The notes: generated by a model from the letters alone, not told the origin. A DNA stretch of 63,054 nt, filler included, from Octopus bimaculoides (GCF_001194135.2; 7 parts of 6 records of this genome joined end to end with filler, not necessarily neighbours in it), one strand, 5' to 3'; numbered from the whole stretch's first letter, positions 1-12,974 are shown. Program-made: numbers and translations.

Positions 1-36
1 TATATATATATATATATATATATAATGTGTATATGT

Positions 37-109
<73 letters not shown>

Positions 110-446
110 CCACCAGGAAACTGAAGATCTGCGACAAGTTGATAATTTGAAATGTACGTTGTCCAGGATAAAGAAAATGAAATACAGCAAGGACCATAGA
201 ATTTCTTTGTTATGTGTTGCTATTGTGTCTTTGTAGTTTTGAAAGAAACTAAGCTCGTCACATCCCCGTTGAAGGTGTTTCCATGGTGTTTATTCATACA
301 GGCAGTATCAGCTTGGCGTGAGGTATCTAAGTTGCATGAAGATTACGCCTGTCACTAGAAAGCACGGGAAAAGAAAATAACTCTTCGGTGAATGAATAGA
401 TATTGTGTGCTATTTGTCTATTGCATAAAGAAAGAGAGAGAGAGAA

Positions 447-521
<75 letters not shown>

Positions 522-542
522 AAGAGTGAGAGAGAGCGATGT

Positions 543-910
543 GTGAGTGGAGTAATTGGAATACCGCCCCGTATATTGGAGCAGTATTCTGAAATAGAAA
601 CAATTTTACGTCTTGCGCATTTGATCGACCAAGCATATTTTCAAGGTTGGTTGGAGTGTATTTTGGCGGTGAACAAGGACCCTAGAGGAAGCCCAGTCAT
701 TTTTTTTTTATGTAATTTTGATGATGTGGTATATGTATAACAACCGTAAAAGTTCATCAGCAGCTGTAAGATATTCTCAGGAAATCTAGTTGTTCTACGT
801 TTGCGTTATTTATGAGCAGTTAAGCGTTATGTGTTATTCAAATTATGTGTACGCTTTATAGGATCTTTTGATAAGGTGGAGGGGATATCATTGATTGAAG
901 CTACATTAAT
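543..910 (-). mobile_element. Possible highly degenerate PLE reverse transcriptase fragment
   Basis: Minus-strand remnants NVASINDIP and GLPLGS resemble DVxSLFTNIP and GLPMGS, but are interrupted by frameshifts. Confidence 0.25.
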
Positions 911-1335
911 GTATTAATATTTCGCAGTTACATCTGTTATGCTAGTGACTTGACCTGAGAGTGTATGTTGACACTGTAAGAGTTACACGGTGGACCTTCT
1001 AAAAATAGCAACTAAATCTCCTTCAAATAATACTCTACTGTCCTATACACAGAGAAAACGCAATTGATAAATCTAGACACTCCTAGAAAAACGAGTAGGC
1101 AAGGCTGGGATGTCTTTGGTCATGGATCTACTTCATCAGCGATAGCTTGAGTACTAGGGCTAAACAACAATGCAATACTATGGAAAAGTGAACGCAAGTT
1201 TCTTGGTAGTGGGGGGGGGGCGTCTATGTGTTCTGTGATGACTTTTTGATGTTATATTTGTTAATGCATTAATAATTTAAGTGCCATTAGTGCCACAGGG
1301 TCTGTCTGTTTCGTATTGTCTGCTCTTATGAGGGT

Positions 1336-1705
1336 GGAGGCGCAATGGCCCAGCGGACTCGCGGTGATAGGATCGAGGTTTCGATTTCCAGACCGGGCGT
1401 TGTGAGTGTTAATTGAGCGAAAACACCTAAAGCTACACGAGGCTCCAGCAGGGGATGGTGGCGAACCCTGCTGTACTCCTTCACCACAACTTTCTCTCAC
1501 TCTTACTTCCTGTTTCTGTTGTGCCTGTAATTCAAAGGGTCAGCCTTGTCACACTGTGTCACGCTGAATATCCCCGAAAACTACGTTAAGGGTACACGTG
1601 TCTGTGGAGTGCTCAGCCACTTACACGTTAATTTCACGAGCAGGCTGTTCCGTTGATCGGATCAACTGGAACCTTCGACGTCGTAAGCGACGGAGTGCCA
1701 ACAAC
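1336..1705 (+). mobile_element. tRNA-derived SINE, family A
   Basis: Pol III A-box and B-box-like head; highly similar copies at 17600-17980, 22075-22374 and 43765-44075 (minus). Confidence 0.9.
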
Positions 1706-1950
1706 TCTTATGAGAAACAATGTACTGGAGGCTGGGGAGATGAACGTCTTGGATCGACGCTGTCATCACCTTTGATGAACTGTCATAAACATGGGCAAGC
1801 ATGTCTAAGGTGCTTGTCCTAAGAGTTCTTTTATGCTGTAAAATTATTTTAAACCTGGCTGACTGCAGCAGTATGTAAAGTGTGTAACTTTAAATTGTGT
1901 CTGTAAGTTTTACTGGTAACCTCCGTGTGTTACAAATACAACTAATTATT

Positions 1951-2164
1951 GATTACGAATGTTGGCACAAGGCCAGCAATTTCGTGGAAGCGAGTGAGCC
2001 GATTACAACGATGTCAGTGTTCAACTGTTAATTATTGCATTGACCTCATGAGTATGAAAGATAAATTCGACCTCAAAATAATTTGAACTCAGAACATAAA
2101 GATGGACGAAATGCCGCTAATCATTTTGCCCAGTGTGCTAGCGATTCTGCCTGCTCGCCGCCTT
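1951..2164 (-). mobile_element. tRNA-derived SINE, family C, with 16-bp TSD
   Basis: Minus head ggcggcgagcaggcagaatcgctagcac; TSD aatacaactaattatt (1935-1950) / aatacaattaattatt (2165-2180). Confidence 0.8.
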
Positions 2165-2178
2165 AATACAATTAATTA

Positions 2179-3200
2179 TTAGGGTTAGGGTTCGGGTTAG
2201 GGTTAGGGTTAGAGTTAGGGTTAGGGTTAGGGTTAGAGTTAGGGTTAGAGTTAGGGTTAGGGTTAGAGTTAGGGTTAGGGATAGGGTTAGAGTTAGGGTT
2301 AGTGTTAGGGTTAGGGTTAGCGTTAGGGTTAGCGTTAGGGTTAGGGTTAGAGTTAGTGTTAGGGTTAGCGTTAGAGTTAGCGTTAGGGTNNNNNNNNNNT
2401 TAGGGTTAGAGTTAGGATTAGGGTTAGGGTTAGAGTTAGGGTTAGAGTTAGGGTTAGGGTTAGAGTTAGGGTTAGGGTTAGGGATAGGGTTAGAGTTAGG
2501 GTTAGTGTTAGGGTTAGGGTTAGCGTTAGGGTTAGCGTTAGGGTTAGGGTTAGAGTTAGTGTTAGGGTTAGCGTTAGAGTTAGCGTTAGGGTTAGGGTTA
2601 GGGTTAGGGTTAGCGTTAGGGTTAGGGTTAGAGTTAGGGTTAGCGTTAGGGTTAGGGTTAGGGTGACGGTTAGATTTAGGGTTAGGGTTAGGATTAGGGC
2701 TAGAGTTAGGGTTAGGGTTAGGGTTTGAGTTAGGGTTAAGGTTAGGGTTAGGGTTAGAGTTATGGTTAGGGTTAGGGTTAGAGCTAGTGTTTGGTTCGGG
2801 TTAGGGTTAGGGTTAGAGTTAGGGTTAGGGTTAGTGTTAGGATTAGGGTTAGCGTTAGGGTTAAGGTTAGGGTTAGATTTAGGGTCAGAGTTAGGGTTAG
2901 GGTTAGGGTTAGAGTTAGGGTTAGGGTTAACGTTAGAGTTAGGGTTAGGTTTAGGGTTAGGGTTAGGGTTAGAGTTAGGGCTAGCGTTAGGATTAGAGTT
3001 AGGGTTAGGGTTTGAGTTAGGGTAGGGTTAGGGTTAGATTTAGGGTTAGGGTTAGGTTTAGGGTTAGAGTTATGGTTCGGGTTAAGGTTAGGGTTACGGT
3101 TAGGGTTACGGTTAGAGTTAGTGCTAGGGTTCGGGTTAGGGTTAGGGCTAGGGTTAGGGTTAGAGTTATGGTTAGGGTTAGGGTTAGGGTTAGGGTTAGG
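2179..3200 (+). repeat. Interstitial telomeric array (TTAGGG)n with variant units
   Basis: About 170 hexamers: TTAGGG interspersed with TTAGAG, TTAGCG, TTAGTG, TTCGGG and TTATGG; 10-N gap at 2390-2399. Confidence 0.97.
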
Positions 3201-3858
3201 AATGCCCATGGAATGTTAGTTTTATCAGCGCTTGATTTGCATCTTATCTGCGCCAAGCCTTTCATTATTTTGAATAGAGTGTCTCTAAGATTTAGCGCTA
3301 TTACGAAAGTGGTAGTGGTAAATGTGGAGTAAATTTTAAATGAATTAGACATCGTTTTATTTTACTTTAATTTTAGTATGGTGTTATATTTTGCATCATG
3401 ATTCAGCGAGGAAAACCACTTCAGCGACTAGTAAAAGCTTCTTTGCTCATTCGTTTCAGGTGACTGGATGACTAAGAGAACAACTGCAAAAGTCTAAGAT
3501 AAGTTCATTCTTGAACACGACTTGACCGACTGCTAACAAAAATCATTGTCATTTCTAACTAATTCTTATTACTCATATCTAAAAAAAGAGAAAGATGGAA
3601 GAGAGGAAAAAAGATGACGTAACAAAGTAGAACAGAAACCTAATGCATAAAGCAAAAGAGTGAGAATGAGAGAGAGAGAGAGAGAGGAAGGGAGATAGAG
3701 AGAGAGAAAGGGAGAGAGAGAGTGAGAGAGAGACGTACAAATAAAATAAGAGTATATTTTAGAAAAAAGGAAATACATTTATGCGATAACTACATTGATA
3801 ACTATCTCAATTCTCCTTTTTTCTCTCATTCTGTCTTTCTTTCTTTCTTTATTTCTTA

Positions 3859-3925
<67 letters not shown>

Positions 3926-4082
3926 TATGTGTCTCTCTATTTCTTCTACGTATATAATTCTATGTTTCTGCTTTCTCTATCCAACATTTCTATCATTCTC
4001 TATTTTCATTCTCATTTACCACCCTTTCTCCATCTTTTCAAATGCTCACATACATTTGCATATGCACACACAGAAACATACA

Positions 4083-4146
<64 letters not shown>

Positions 4147-5289
4147 TGGACATACACACATATACACACACGCATCTACACACACACACACACACACAAA
4201 CGCACATACATACACACACATATCCAATTTAGAAACATGCTCTCTTATTCACCCTGTCTTCCTCTCTTCTCCCTCCTCCTCTCTTTCTCCTCCCTCTCTC
4301 TCTTTCTCTCTCTCTCCCTCCTAGCTTCACTTTTTAAAGAATGGCCTCCAACGAAGACAAGACTTAATTGTTTTACAAATTTCGTACACCAAACTTCTGA
4401 ACATATATTTTGTAAAAATGACGGGAAACAAAACAATATGACAGTCTAACATGACTGTAGATGTTTCCATATGAAACTAACACACACACATGCACACACT
4501 GCGTACTAGAACGCCCCACAAAGCCACACACAGGCATATATTCTGGCAATATGTGCTTGTGTGTGCGAGTGTTTGTGCGTATGTGCGTGTGTGTGTGTGT
4601 GTGTCTGTGTGTACGTTGGAGTCCGCAGATTTATCTATATGTGTATGTGTATTAGAACCACATGAGGCAAAAGAAAACAAGATTGTAATGGTTTTCTGTC
4701 AGATCTACTGCATTGCTTCCCAACTTCAAGACCAGATGTTACCAATACAAATATTCAGCATAGACAACGTATCTGGAGCGATGTGAGCTCAAGATAAGGC
4801 TGGGAGTTGGAAAAGAAGTATAAGACACGAGACAATGGGGAAATAAAGAAGGTGAAGGTAAAGGAGAGAGGGGAATGATACAGGAAGATTCGGTAAGAAG
4901 AAGAGAGAAGAAGTGGAAGATACAGGGAGATTCGGTAAGAAGTAGAAGATAAAGAATTTAAGTATATAAAACAAAAAGAGATAAGAAGGAGGTGATCACC
5001 GCTAAAACATCAACAACCGCAAAAGCTTTTATTTCAGTACAAAGCTAATTCCATTTATTTATTGTTAAGCTTTAATCAATTGACACCTTCAAAAGTGAGA
5101 TCGTCTAGGTGCAAGTCAGCCCCCATCCAGTATGTAATTTTTTCGGTGGAACCAACAAAGTGCAATCCATAGATCCTTTATCTTAGGTGTAGCATTCTCC
5201 ACTTTGTTAAGGACTACTCTGCACATTATGTCATGCTGTAGTTAATTCTATAAGCAAGGTTGTTTAATTTATTTCTATATACCTATTGG

Positions 5290-5660
5290 TTGTCATAATG
5301 GAAACAGTATGTTGGTAGACTAAATGTATAACGTACATGCCGGTTGTTGTTCCTTTGCACTTATTTGTATTGTGCAATACATCATAGCATCTGACGAAAA
5401 TTAAGTTATTGATGGCTCTGGGGGTTTTTTCTGCTTTCTTTTATATGTATGACAGGGTGAGACAGTGCTCTTAAAACGTTATTGTAGCAATGATTTGGTG
5501 TGTTAATCTGTCTCCTTGCTTAGGGCGGTTATAGTTAGGGGTAGGGACTACATGCGTTCGAGTTATTTGCACCAGAATATTGTACCCCTTTCATATCAAA
5601 GTGGTTTATCAGCTTGCGAGGTTTTTCATCTTATTTTGTTGTATAAGTACTATGTGGGTG
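5290..5660 (-). mobile_element. Possible decayed LINE ORF1 (gag-like zinc knuckle)
   Basis: Minus strand IIATITF*EHCL...FVRCYDVLHNTNKCKG resembles the ORF1 RCFxC..GH...CK knuckle; several stops. Confidence 0.3.
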
Positions 5661-7114
5661 TGGTATGATTTATGAGCAACCTATAATGGAAGAGATATAT
5701 GAGTAGGTAGTACATTACGGTTTATAAATAATTCTCTTAGAGGACGGGGTCTTGCGTTACTCCATCCACAAAATCGCATCGTAAAAATAAAGTATGTTAT
5801 GGTGATGAAAGAATTATTATGATGGATGAGACTGAAAGGACCGAGGAGATGGCATCACCTCAGGGCTAAATCTTTATCTACCTCTTTAAGAATCCCTTGA
5901 AGGGTAGAGAGAGCAAATATCAACTACTGAGACCATAGATTCTAAAAACTGGATAAACTCTCCACATATTTCAAGACCACAAAACTCCACCCCAATAAGT
6001 GTTACCCAGATCGCTAACCAGCCAGTGTGCCCTTTCAAAGGTTATAGAAATGCAGCATCATCACAGTTGATACGCTGTTAATTCACAGAATATCTTCGTT
6101 CATACCCTCCATTGGTTATCTGTGTTGCTATTGTTACTTAGCCCCAGATCAGTTTTGATCTGGGATTAAATGATCAAATACTCCCGACTATCCTGCATTT
6201 TATTCAGAAACTTTATTTAAGGTTTACATTCATCAAAGTATCCGTTCTTTTTGCGATCGTAGGGTGGCTACAGCAGGCCAATCAACCACAAAGAAGGTCT
6301 ATTGTTGGGTGATCCTTTCTGAAATGCAATCAAGGACGACTCACCGCTGCATTATTCAGTTGGTATAGTGTAGTGTGTGTATGGGAACAGTCACTTTACA
6401 TTTGTTCAGTTAACCAGGTGAGCTCCGAGAAAGTATGAATGATAAATGATGACCAGACCGCGTCACGTCCTGAAACTTTGTCTGATCCCCGCGCATAACT
6501 ACATCTAATCAGTTACGCTACCTTAGGATCCCCACTAGAGCGAACGATAGCAACTGTAAAACTTTCTAATCAAAAGAACTCATCCCTTCCAAAAGAAGAA
6601 AAGAGCAGTGTTCCAATCTAGTAACCTAATACACCACCAAAGCATTATAAGCATCTGACTTCTCAAAGATTATCTCTTCATTTTCTATTTCTAACACTAG
6701 CCAATATTCTATTTGTCATCTTGTCTCAGTTTCACCATAGAGAAGTGATAACAGGAGGTACTCTTGACGGACCGAGCTAGCAATGCTAATTGCTTCTGAT
6801 AAAAAAACACAACAGTAAAGATATAGCAATACAATTTATAAAGATAAAACCGAAACCGATTGCGCCTATGTAAAACGCTATTCGGTGCCAATATCAAATC
6901 CACACATCCATTTTGCTAAGAATTTACCGAGATACGAATAATAACTACACTTCGCGAAAACATTACGCCGTTGTGTTTGATAAGTCCCCAAACTGTATGA
7001 AAGTGTTAGACACAAGACAGTCTTTAATGATAATATATATCGTATTTCTATTGACAGAAATCATTTATTAACATATTGTCTATTGACTTACCAGTTACTT
7101 TTTAAAGCAATATT

Positions 7115-7153
<39 letters not shown>

Positions 7154-7799
7154 TCAAGCAACAAACGGTAATTTATTTGATATAAGAATGTAAACTAAGT
7201 TAAAGCTTATAACACAGTTCAGCATTCTGCTGTTTCAGTTTCGCACTCACTAAAACGTAGCACTCTCCTAAGAAAATTGGAACGTAAAAATAAATTACGT
7301 TGACCATTTACAACTTTCATCACGACTAGTTAAATCAATAATAATGTTTGTTGACTTAAAAAAAGAAAATTATGATAAATTTTATCAACACATATCAAAC
7401 ATGGCCAAAGAAAATTCTTTTATTGTTACGAGATTGCTTTTGTAGTAAATAAATATATATGATTTTATACTCTCTGTCTCTGAAGCGTTTCGTCGTTAAA
7501 AAATCTCTTCACTCACAAAGACTAGACTGTTTAAGTGTTCTCTTAGAAAAATATTGAAACATTAAAAAAGTTAGAAAACTAAACAGGAAGAAGAAATTTC
7601 AATTTGAAGAAAAAAGATATTTTATGAGGAGTTTAAGAATCTTTCAACTTCCTTTAGTTGTCACCAAAAAAAAAAAAATAGGAAAAATTAATTAAACACT
7701 CGTTGTCAGCTTCCTTTTTTTTATTATCTAATTGTTCATATTGCTTTTTTTTTTTACTTCCATACTATTATTATAATATATTGCGTTAGTAGCTTCAGA

Positions 7800-8165
7800 A
7801 TGACGTCATATTCTTCATATTCTCTATGGGGAAGGCCGATGACCTGGTTAAAGCTTTCTCACCCACTGATGCCCTTGAAAAAGTCATGAAGATATGGCTT
7901 GTATTTTCTTCTTCTCATGAAGTAATTTAAAATAGAGGTCATAAATTGGCAGAATCCTTAGAGAGTCTGTTACAGCGACTCTTTGAATACTTCTGGCCGC
8001 AAAGATTGTTCTTTATGCAATAGGCACGACATAGTTTTTCAAACCCGATATCGTAATGTTGTCTGTAATTAACAAACCTCTGCCTCCTACCTTTATTAGT
8101 AAGTACAGCTTGTCCACACTAACTTTAGGGTGGTACGCGCGTAGTGCATTGCGAATAGGTTCCTA
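7800..8165 (-). mobile_element. Older R4/Dong-type RT C-terminal fragment
   Basis: Minus strand AYHPKVSVDKLYLLIKVGGRGL matches the HPKSDVxRLYLPRKxGGRGL motif; degenerate. Confidence 0.65.
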
Positions 8166-8830
8166 AATATTTTGCCTGATTTCTATAGCTCTTTCTTTGT
8201 CCACTTTAGAAAAAGGAACAGATTATTATTATTGTTATTATTATTAGCATTATTATTTTTGAATGAGCGACCAGCGCATGACATCAAAATGACACTGGGG
8301 TACAAATACACAAAGCTCAATATACGCATCATGACTACCCGTTTGATAAGGGTACACCAAGCACATGCATCACAACCAAGTGTGAGCGACATGGTGAGCT
8401 CATATCAAATGAGGCCCAGTTAGAATTTTCATCGGGTAGAGTGGCCCATCCGGCTCAAAAGGTGCCTGAATAAAGGTTGTTTAAGGATGATGAGCGAAAC
8501 ACCCATGTTTCCTGAGGTGAAATATTCAAACCCCAAACTCCAAATATTCAAACTCCTTCTCAACACATAGTTATGATGCTCCCCCTTTACTCTTGCTCGT
8601 GATCAAAAATACACATGTCGTCAGCCAACAAGGGATAACTGATTAATGTCAAGTAACTGACATTAATATTGAGCAGGATATTTGCTATAGTCCATCTTTT
8701 ACACCAAGACAAAACATTCCAATCAGCTAAGATTGGATAAGCCATGAGAGCCACTGCCTAGTATTGCATCAGGGCATTATTATTATTATTATTGTTATTA
8801 TTATTATTTTTGTTGTTGTTATTATTATTG

Positions 8831-9498
8831 CCTTTGTACAGCTTCTAACGCTGGAGATGTACTACAGTGTCAGCTGTTCACTACCAGTGAACTAAGGTAA
8901 CACCTCTTATTTTTTGAGCACCTTCTGGAGTATTCGAACCATTGCAAGCAGTGCTGTTTTCTGAAAGTGCTCCACATACATCTCGAGATTTTTGCTCACT
9001 GTTCCCAGGGCTCCAAAAATTATTGGTACTACTGCTACCTTTTTTTCCTCGACCACAACTGCTTAATTTCCCAAGCTAACCTGTCATATCTCTCGACTTT
9101 TCTTTCTTCTTAATCGCATAACTCGTTGTATGCTATATCTATTATCCAGCATAGTTTGTATTCTTTCTCAATTAAGACTATGTCTAGCTTCCTATTGTCT
9201 TACTTCATGGTCGCACTGAATCATAAAATCCCATAGGATCTTTGCATTTCCATTTTCTACGATGCCTTCAGGTTTGTGGTTGTACCAATTTTTTGCTCTG
9301 TCAAGTCCACTTGTTGCAAAGTGTTCTATGGACAAGCCTGGCTATATTGTTGTGGCGTCTCTTATATTCCTTCTGGGCTAGTGGCGTACAGTGGCTGGTA
9401 ATATGCCATACGATTTCACCATTTTGTCCACAGATTCTGCACTTATTGTGCAAAGAATGTCTGTCAAAAATAAGAAAATTAGAAGTTTGTTTTAAAAG
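8831..9498 (-). mobile_element. R4/Dong-clade non-LTR retrotransposon 3' end (CCHC knuckle + REL endonuclease)
   Basis: Minus strand KCRICGQNGEIVWHITSHCTPLAQKEYKRRHNNIARLVH, WYNHKPEGIVENGNAKILWDF and GALG...LQKTALL...RILQKVL. Followed by (TAA/CAA)n at 8777-8830; truncated by the gap. Confidence 0.9.
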
Positions 9499-9919
9499 NN
9501 NNNNNNNNNNNNNNNNNNNNNNNNNNNNNNNNNNNNNNNNNNNNNNNNNNNNNNNNNNNNNNNNNNNNNNNNNNNNNNNNNNNNNNNNNNNNNNNNNNNN
9601 NNNNNNNNNNNNNNNNNNNNNNNNNNNNNNNNNNNNNNNNNNNNNNNNNNNNNNNNNNNNNNNNNNNNNNNNNNNNNNNNNNNNNNNNNNNNNNNNNNNN
9701 NNNNNNNNNNNNNNNNNNNNNNNNNNNNNNNNNNNNNNNNNNNNNNNNNNNNNNNNNNNNNNNNNNNNNNNNNNNNNNNNNNNNNNNNNNNNNNNNNNNN
9801 NNNNNNNNNNNNNNNNNNNNNNNNNNNNNNNNNNNNNNNNNNNNNNNNNNNNNNNNNNNNNNNNNNNNNNNNNNNNNNNNNNNNNNNNNNNNNNNNNNNN
9901 NNNNNNNNNNNNNNNNNNN

Positions 9920-9991
<72 letters not shown>

Positions 9992-11041
9992 GTGGGGCGG
10001 GGGTTACAAGTTAATATAATTGTATAGATGTAACATATGCAGAATCACTAGCGTAGCAAGATTACATACCATTCTTTGCAGGCCATTAAGATCGATGAAC
10101 ATCCATCACCAACCTATATCAGCCTATACAACCGACCCATAAGTGTCGACCCAATAAAGTCGTCGCCCGGAGTGGTCCGTTCACCACCTACCGACGCGAC
10201 TGTGCAAAATATACGTTCACACATTTCCGGGTGTAAATCCATGCCGCTCTGACAATGACAATATTCATTTTTCTTGATCTGTGTGTATTCATTGTTTGGA
10301 TATTTCATTTAGATCAAAGATTTTTCAACTTACGATATTACATATGTGAAACCCAACTGCATTTGTAAATGGATTAACATTGAGGTATTTCTTTGATCTT
10401 CGTCATATCTTTGTGCAAGACGCAAATTACTTTGCATAATCTTAGCTAGTCGAAGAATTAGCAATGTGTCTTCGTATGCAGAAGTTGAGTGTTGAAGTGT
10501 TCGTTTCAGTTAATGTTATTTTAAAACTGTTCAAATTCCGATCAAATTGCCTTTCATCCTTAAGGGATCGATAACATAAGTACCAGTTGAACGCTACAGG
10601 TCAATATGTAATCGACTTACACCTTCCCCGAAATTGCTGGCTTTGTGCCAAAATTTGAAATCAATATTATTTTTAAAGCTGAATTTATGAACCTTTGTGT
10701 GTTTGTGTGTGTAGAATACAGAAATACAGGTTTCAAATTTTAGCATCGACCCCAGTGCTTCCGAATATGGTAGTATTAACATTAATCTTTTTTTCTCAGC
10801 CACTAGGTCTCCTATACGATGCGAAATTCGAGAAAGAAAACAGGATTAAAAACAAATTGTGCGACGTTGCTTAATTCTCATCAGCGGTTTAAAGAACGTT
10901 TTACGTCCCTAGAAACATTAATCGAGACTCAACAAGTAAGTATATTACTATTACGGAACAGACCCCAGGGTCACTGGAACCCCCAGACAAATTGGTGCCC
11001 CCTCAAGTAAATATATGTGTACGTGTATATATTTATACGCG

Positions 11042-11093
<52 letters not shown>

Positions 11094-11277
11094 TACACTT
11101 ACAAACACAAACATACACGAATTTTTACAAGGAGCAAAACCTGTAAACGTAAGAACCAATTGTGTATTACAACTGATTAAATATAGAAATAAGGTAAGAC
11201 GAGGGATTATGTACATTACTTATATTATTTGCATTATTTACATTTGACGGATATTTGTCCTCATCTTGTTTGTTATT

Positions 11278-11324
11278 AACACAACGTTTCGGTTGATATA
11301 CCCTCCAGCCTTCATCAGATGTCT
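11278..11324 (-). ncRNA. Minimal type I hammerhead ribozyme, core intact
   Basis: Minus strand: agacat CTGATGA a ggctg-gagggtatat-caacc GAAA cgt t gtgtt. Has stem I (gacat/gtgtt with wobbles), stem II, an extra A after A9 and a palindromic ACGU helix III as in PLE hammerheads. Confidence 0.7.
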
Positions 11325-11593
11325 AGGGAAAATTTCGAACCTGGGTTTTCATTCATAAGGTATATTCGATGTTATTGTTGTTATTATTATTATTATTATT
11401 NNNNNNNNNNNNNNNNNNNNNNNNNNNNNNNNNNNNNNNNNNNNNNNNNNNNNNNNNNNNNNNNNNNNNNNNNNNNNNNNNNNNNNNNNNNNNNNNNNNN
11501 NNNNNNNNNNNNNNNNNNNNNNATTATTATTCAGTCACTTGGAATCGAACTCGGAACCCCAAGATTCCGAGTTCGATTCCAGGTAGTGACCTA

Positions 11594-11642
<49 letters not shown>

Positions 11643-11697
11643 TCGAAAAATACCGAAATACCTTAGGAATGAGAATCCAGGTTCAAAATTTCCCCCA

Positions 11698-11744
11698 AGA
11701 CACCTAATGAAAGCTGGAGGTTATATCAGCCGAAACGTTGTGTT
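11698..11744 (+). ncRNA. Second hammerhead copy with a core mutation (CUAAUGA, G5A)
   Basis: agacac CTAATGA a agctg-gaggttatat-cagcc GAAA cgt t gtgtt. G5A and an A-C mismatch closing stem II predict inactivity. Confidence 0.6.
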
Positions 11745-12101
11745 AACAACAAACAAGATGAGGACAAATATCCGTCAAATGTAAATAATGTAAATAATGT
11801 AAAAAATAGAAATAGAGTGTTTCTTAGAAAGAGAGAAAATAGAAATAAGTTGTTTTCTTTCATTCTTTTATTCTTTTATGTTTTTGCTTGTTTGCGTCAG
11901 TTGACTGTGGCCATGCAGGAGCACCGCCTTAAAGGGTTTCCTTGTCGAAAAAAATCGACTCTAGGATTTATTCTTAGTAAGCTTAGTTCTTATTCTATCG
12001 GTCTCTTTCGCCGAACCGATGAATTTCTGGTACGTAAACACACCGACATCTGTTGTCAAGCGATGATTGTGATGGTGGAGGGGGGCCAAACATAAACATA
12101 A

Positions 12102-12155
<54 letters not shown>

Positions 12156-12924
12156 AGATAGATGTGTGTATTTTTCCCTTGTTAACAATTTACACGGAAA
12201 GAATAGATAAATAGTTACCAGGGTAGCAAAAATCACACAAGTAAAAAGTTGTAACTCCTTGTTTTTAAAGGTAGAAACTCCGGGTTTACGTGAAATATTT
12301 TGTATAATATATACAAATAANNNNNNNNNNNNNNNNNNNNNNNNNNNNNNNNNNNNNNNNNNNNTTAATTAATTAANNNNNNNNNNNNNNNNNNNNNNNN
12401 NNNNNNNNNNNNNNNNNNNNTATGTGTGTGTGTGTGTGTGTGTGTATGTGCATACGTCTTTAAGTACATCACCTCCTAACTTATTTATCTAAAAAGAAAT
12501 ATTGCGGGTTAAAAGCGATAGCAGCATGGCTACACTATTTCAATTTCATAGATGAATAAACTACCTTTACTTGGTATGATGTTTTGACCAATCTCTGCCT
12601 CTCCTACTAGTTTCAGTAATACATGATAATACTAAAAACACCTCAGGCTGGACGTTTAAGTAGAAATCGTGTAGCAATTATTTAGTTGAGAATATCATTT
12701 TACACTATCATAACACTATTTATAATGCATAAGCAATATATACAATAATGCCAAGACGATAATGGAATTCGCCTGATTTGCTTTCATCCGGTCTTTGTAT
12801 GCATTTCAAATGTCGTTTCTCCTATTTTCTTTCGCTTCTTATTTCATTATCTATCCCTCACTTCTTTACTTCTTTTATTTCTTTAGCTTTTTTTTTTCAT
12901 TTTTCTTTCTTTCTGTTTCTGTAA

Positions 12925-12974
<50 letters not shown>

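Larger units (their letters stand above)
11224..11801. mobile_element. Head-to-head inverted Penelope-like pLTR pair with a central tRNA-derived hairpin
   Basis: 11224-11400 is the reverse complement of about 11594-11801. Centre is a 17-bp perfect inverted repeat (11540-11556 / 11565-11581) flanked by (TTA)n and (TAA)n. Confidence 0.75.

Noticed and set aside
115-175. CTGAAGA...GAAA hammerhead-like motif
   Set aside because: Stems I and II do not pair.
2220-2600. Identical ~170-bp variant pattern on both sides of the 10-N gap in the telomeric array
   Set aside because: Most simply overlapping contig ends; cannot be separated from a true higher-order repeat without long reads.
2762-3352. ORFs such as VRVRVR, PNPNPN, LTLTLT and LGLGLG
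   Set aside because: Translations of the telomeric hexamer.
12365-12376. TTAATTAATTAA islands inside N runs (also about 15625, 22419, 33273, 56228, 59284), which look like a regularly recurring motif
   Set aside because: Identical 12-mer always embedded in N gaps; a scaffolding or linker artefact, not biology.
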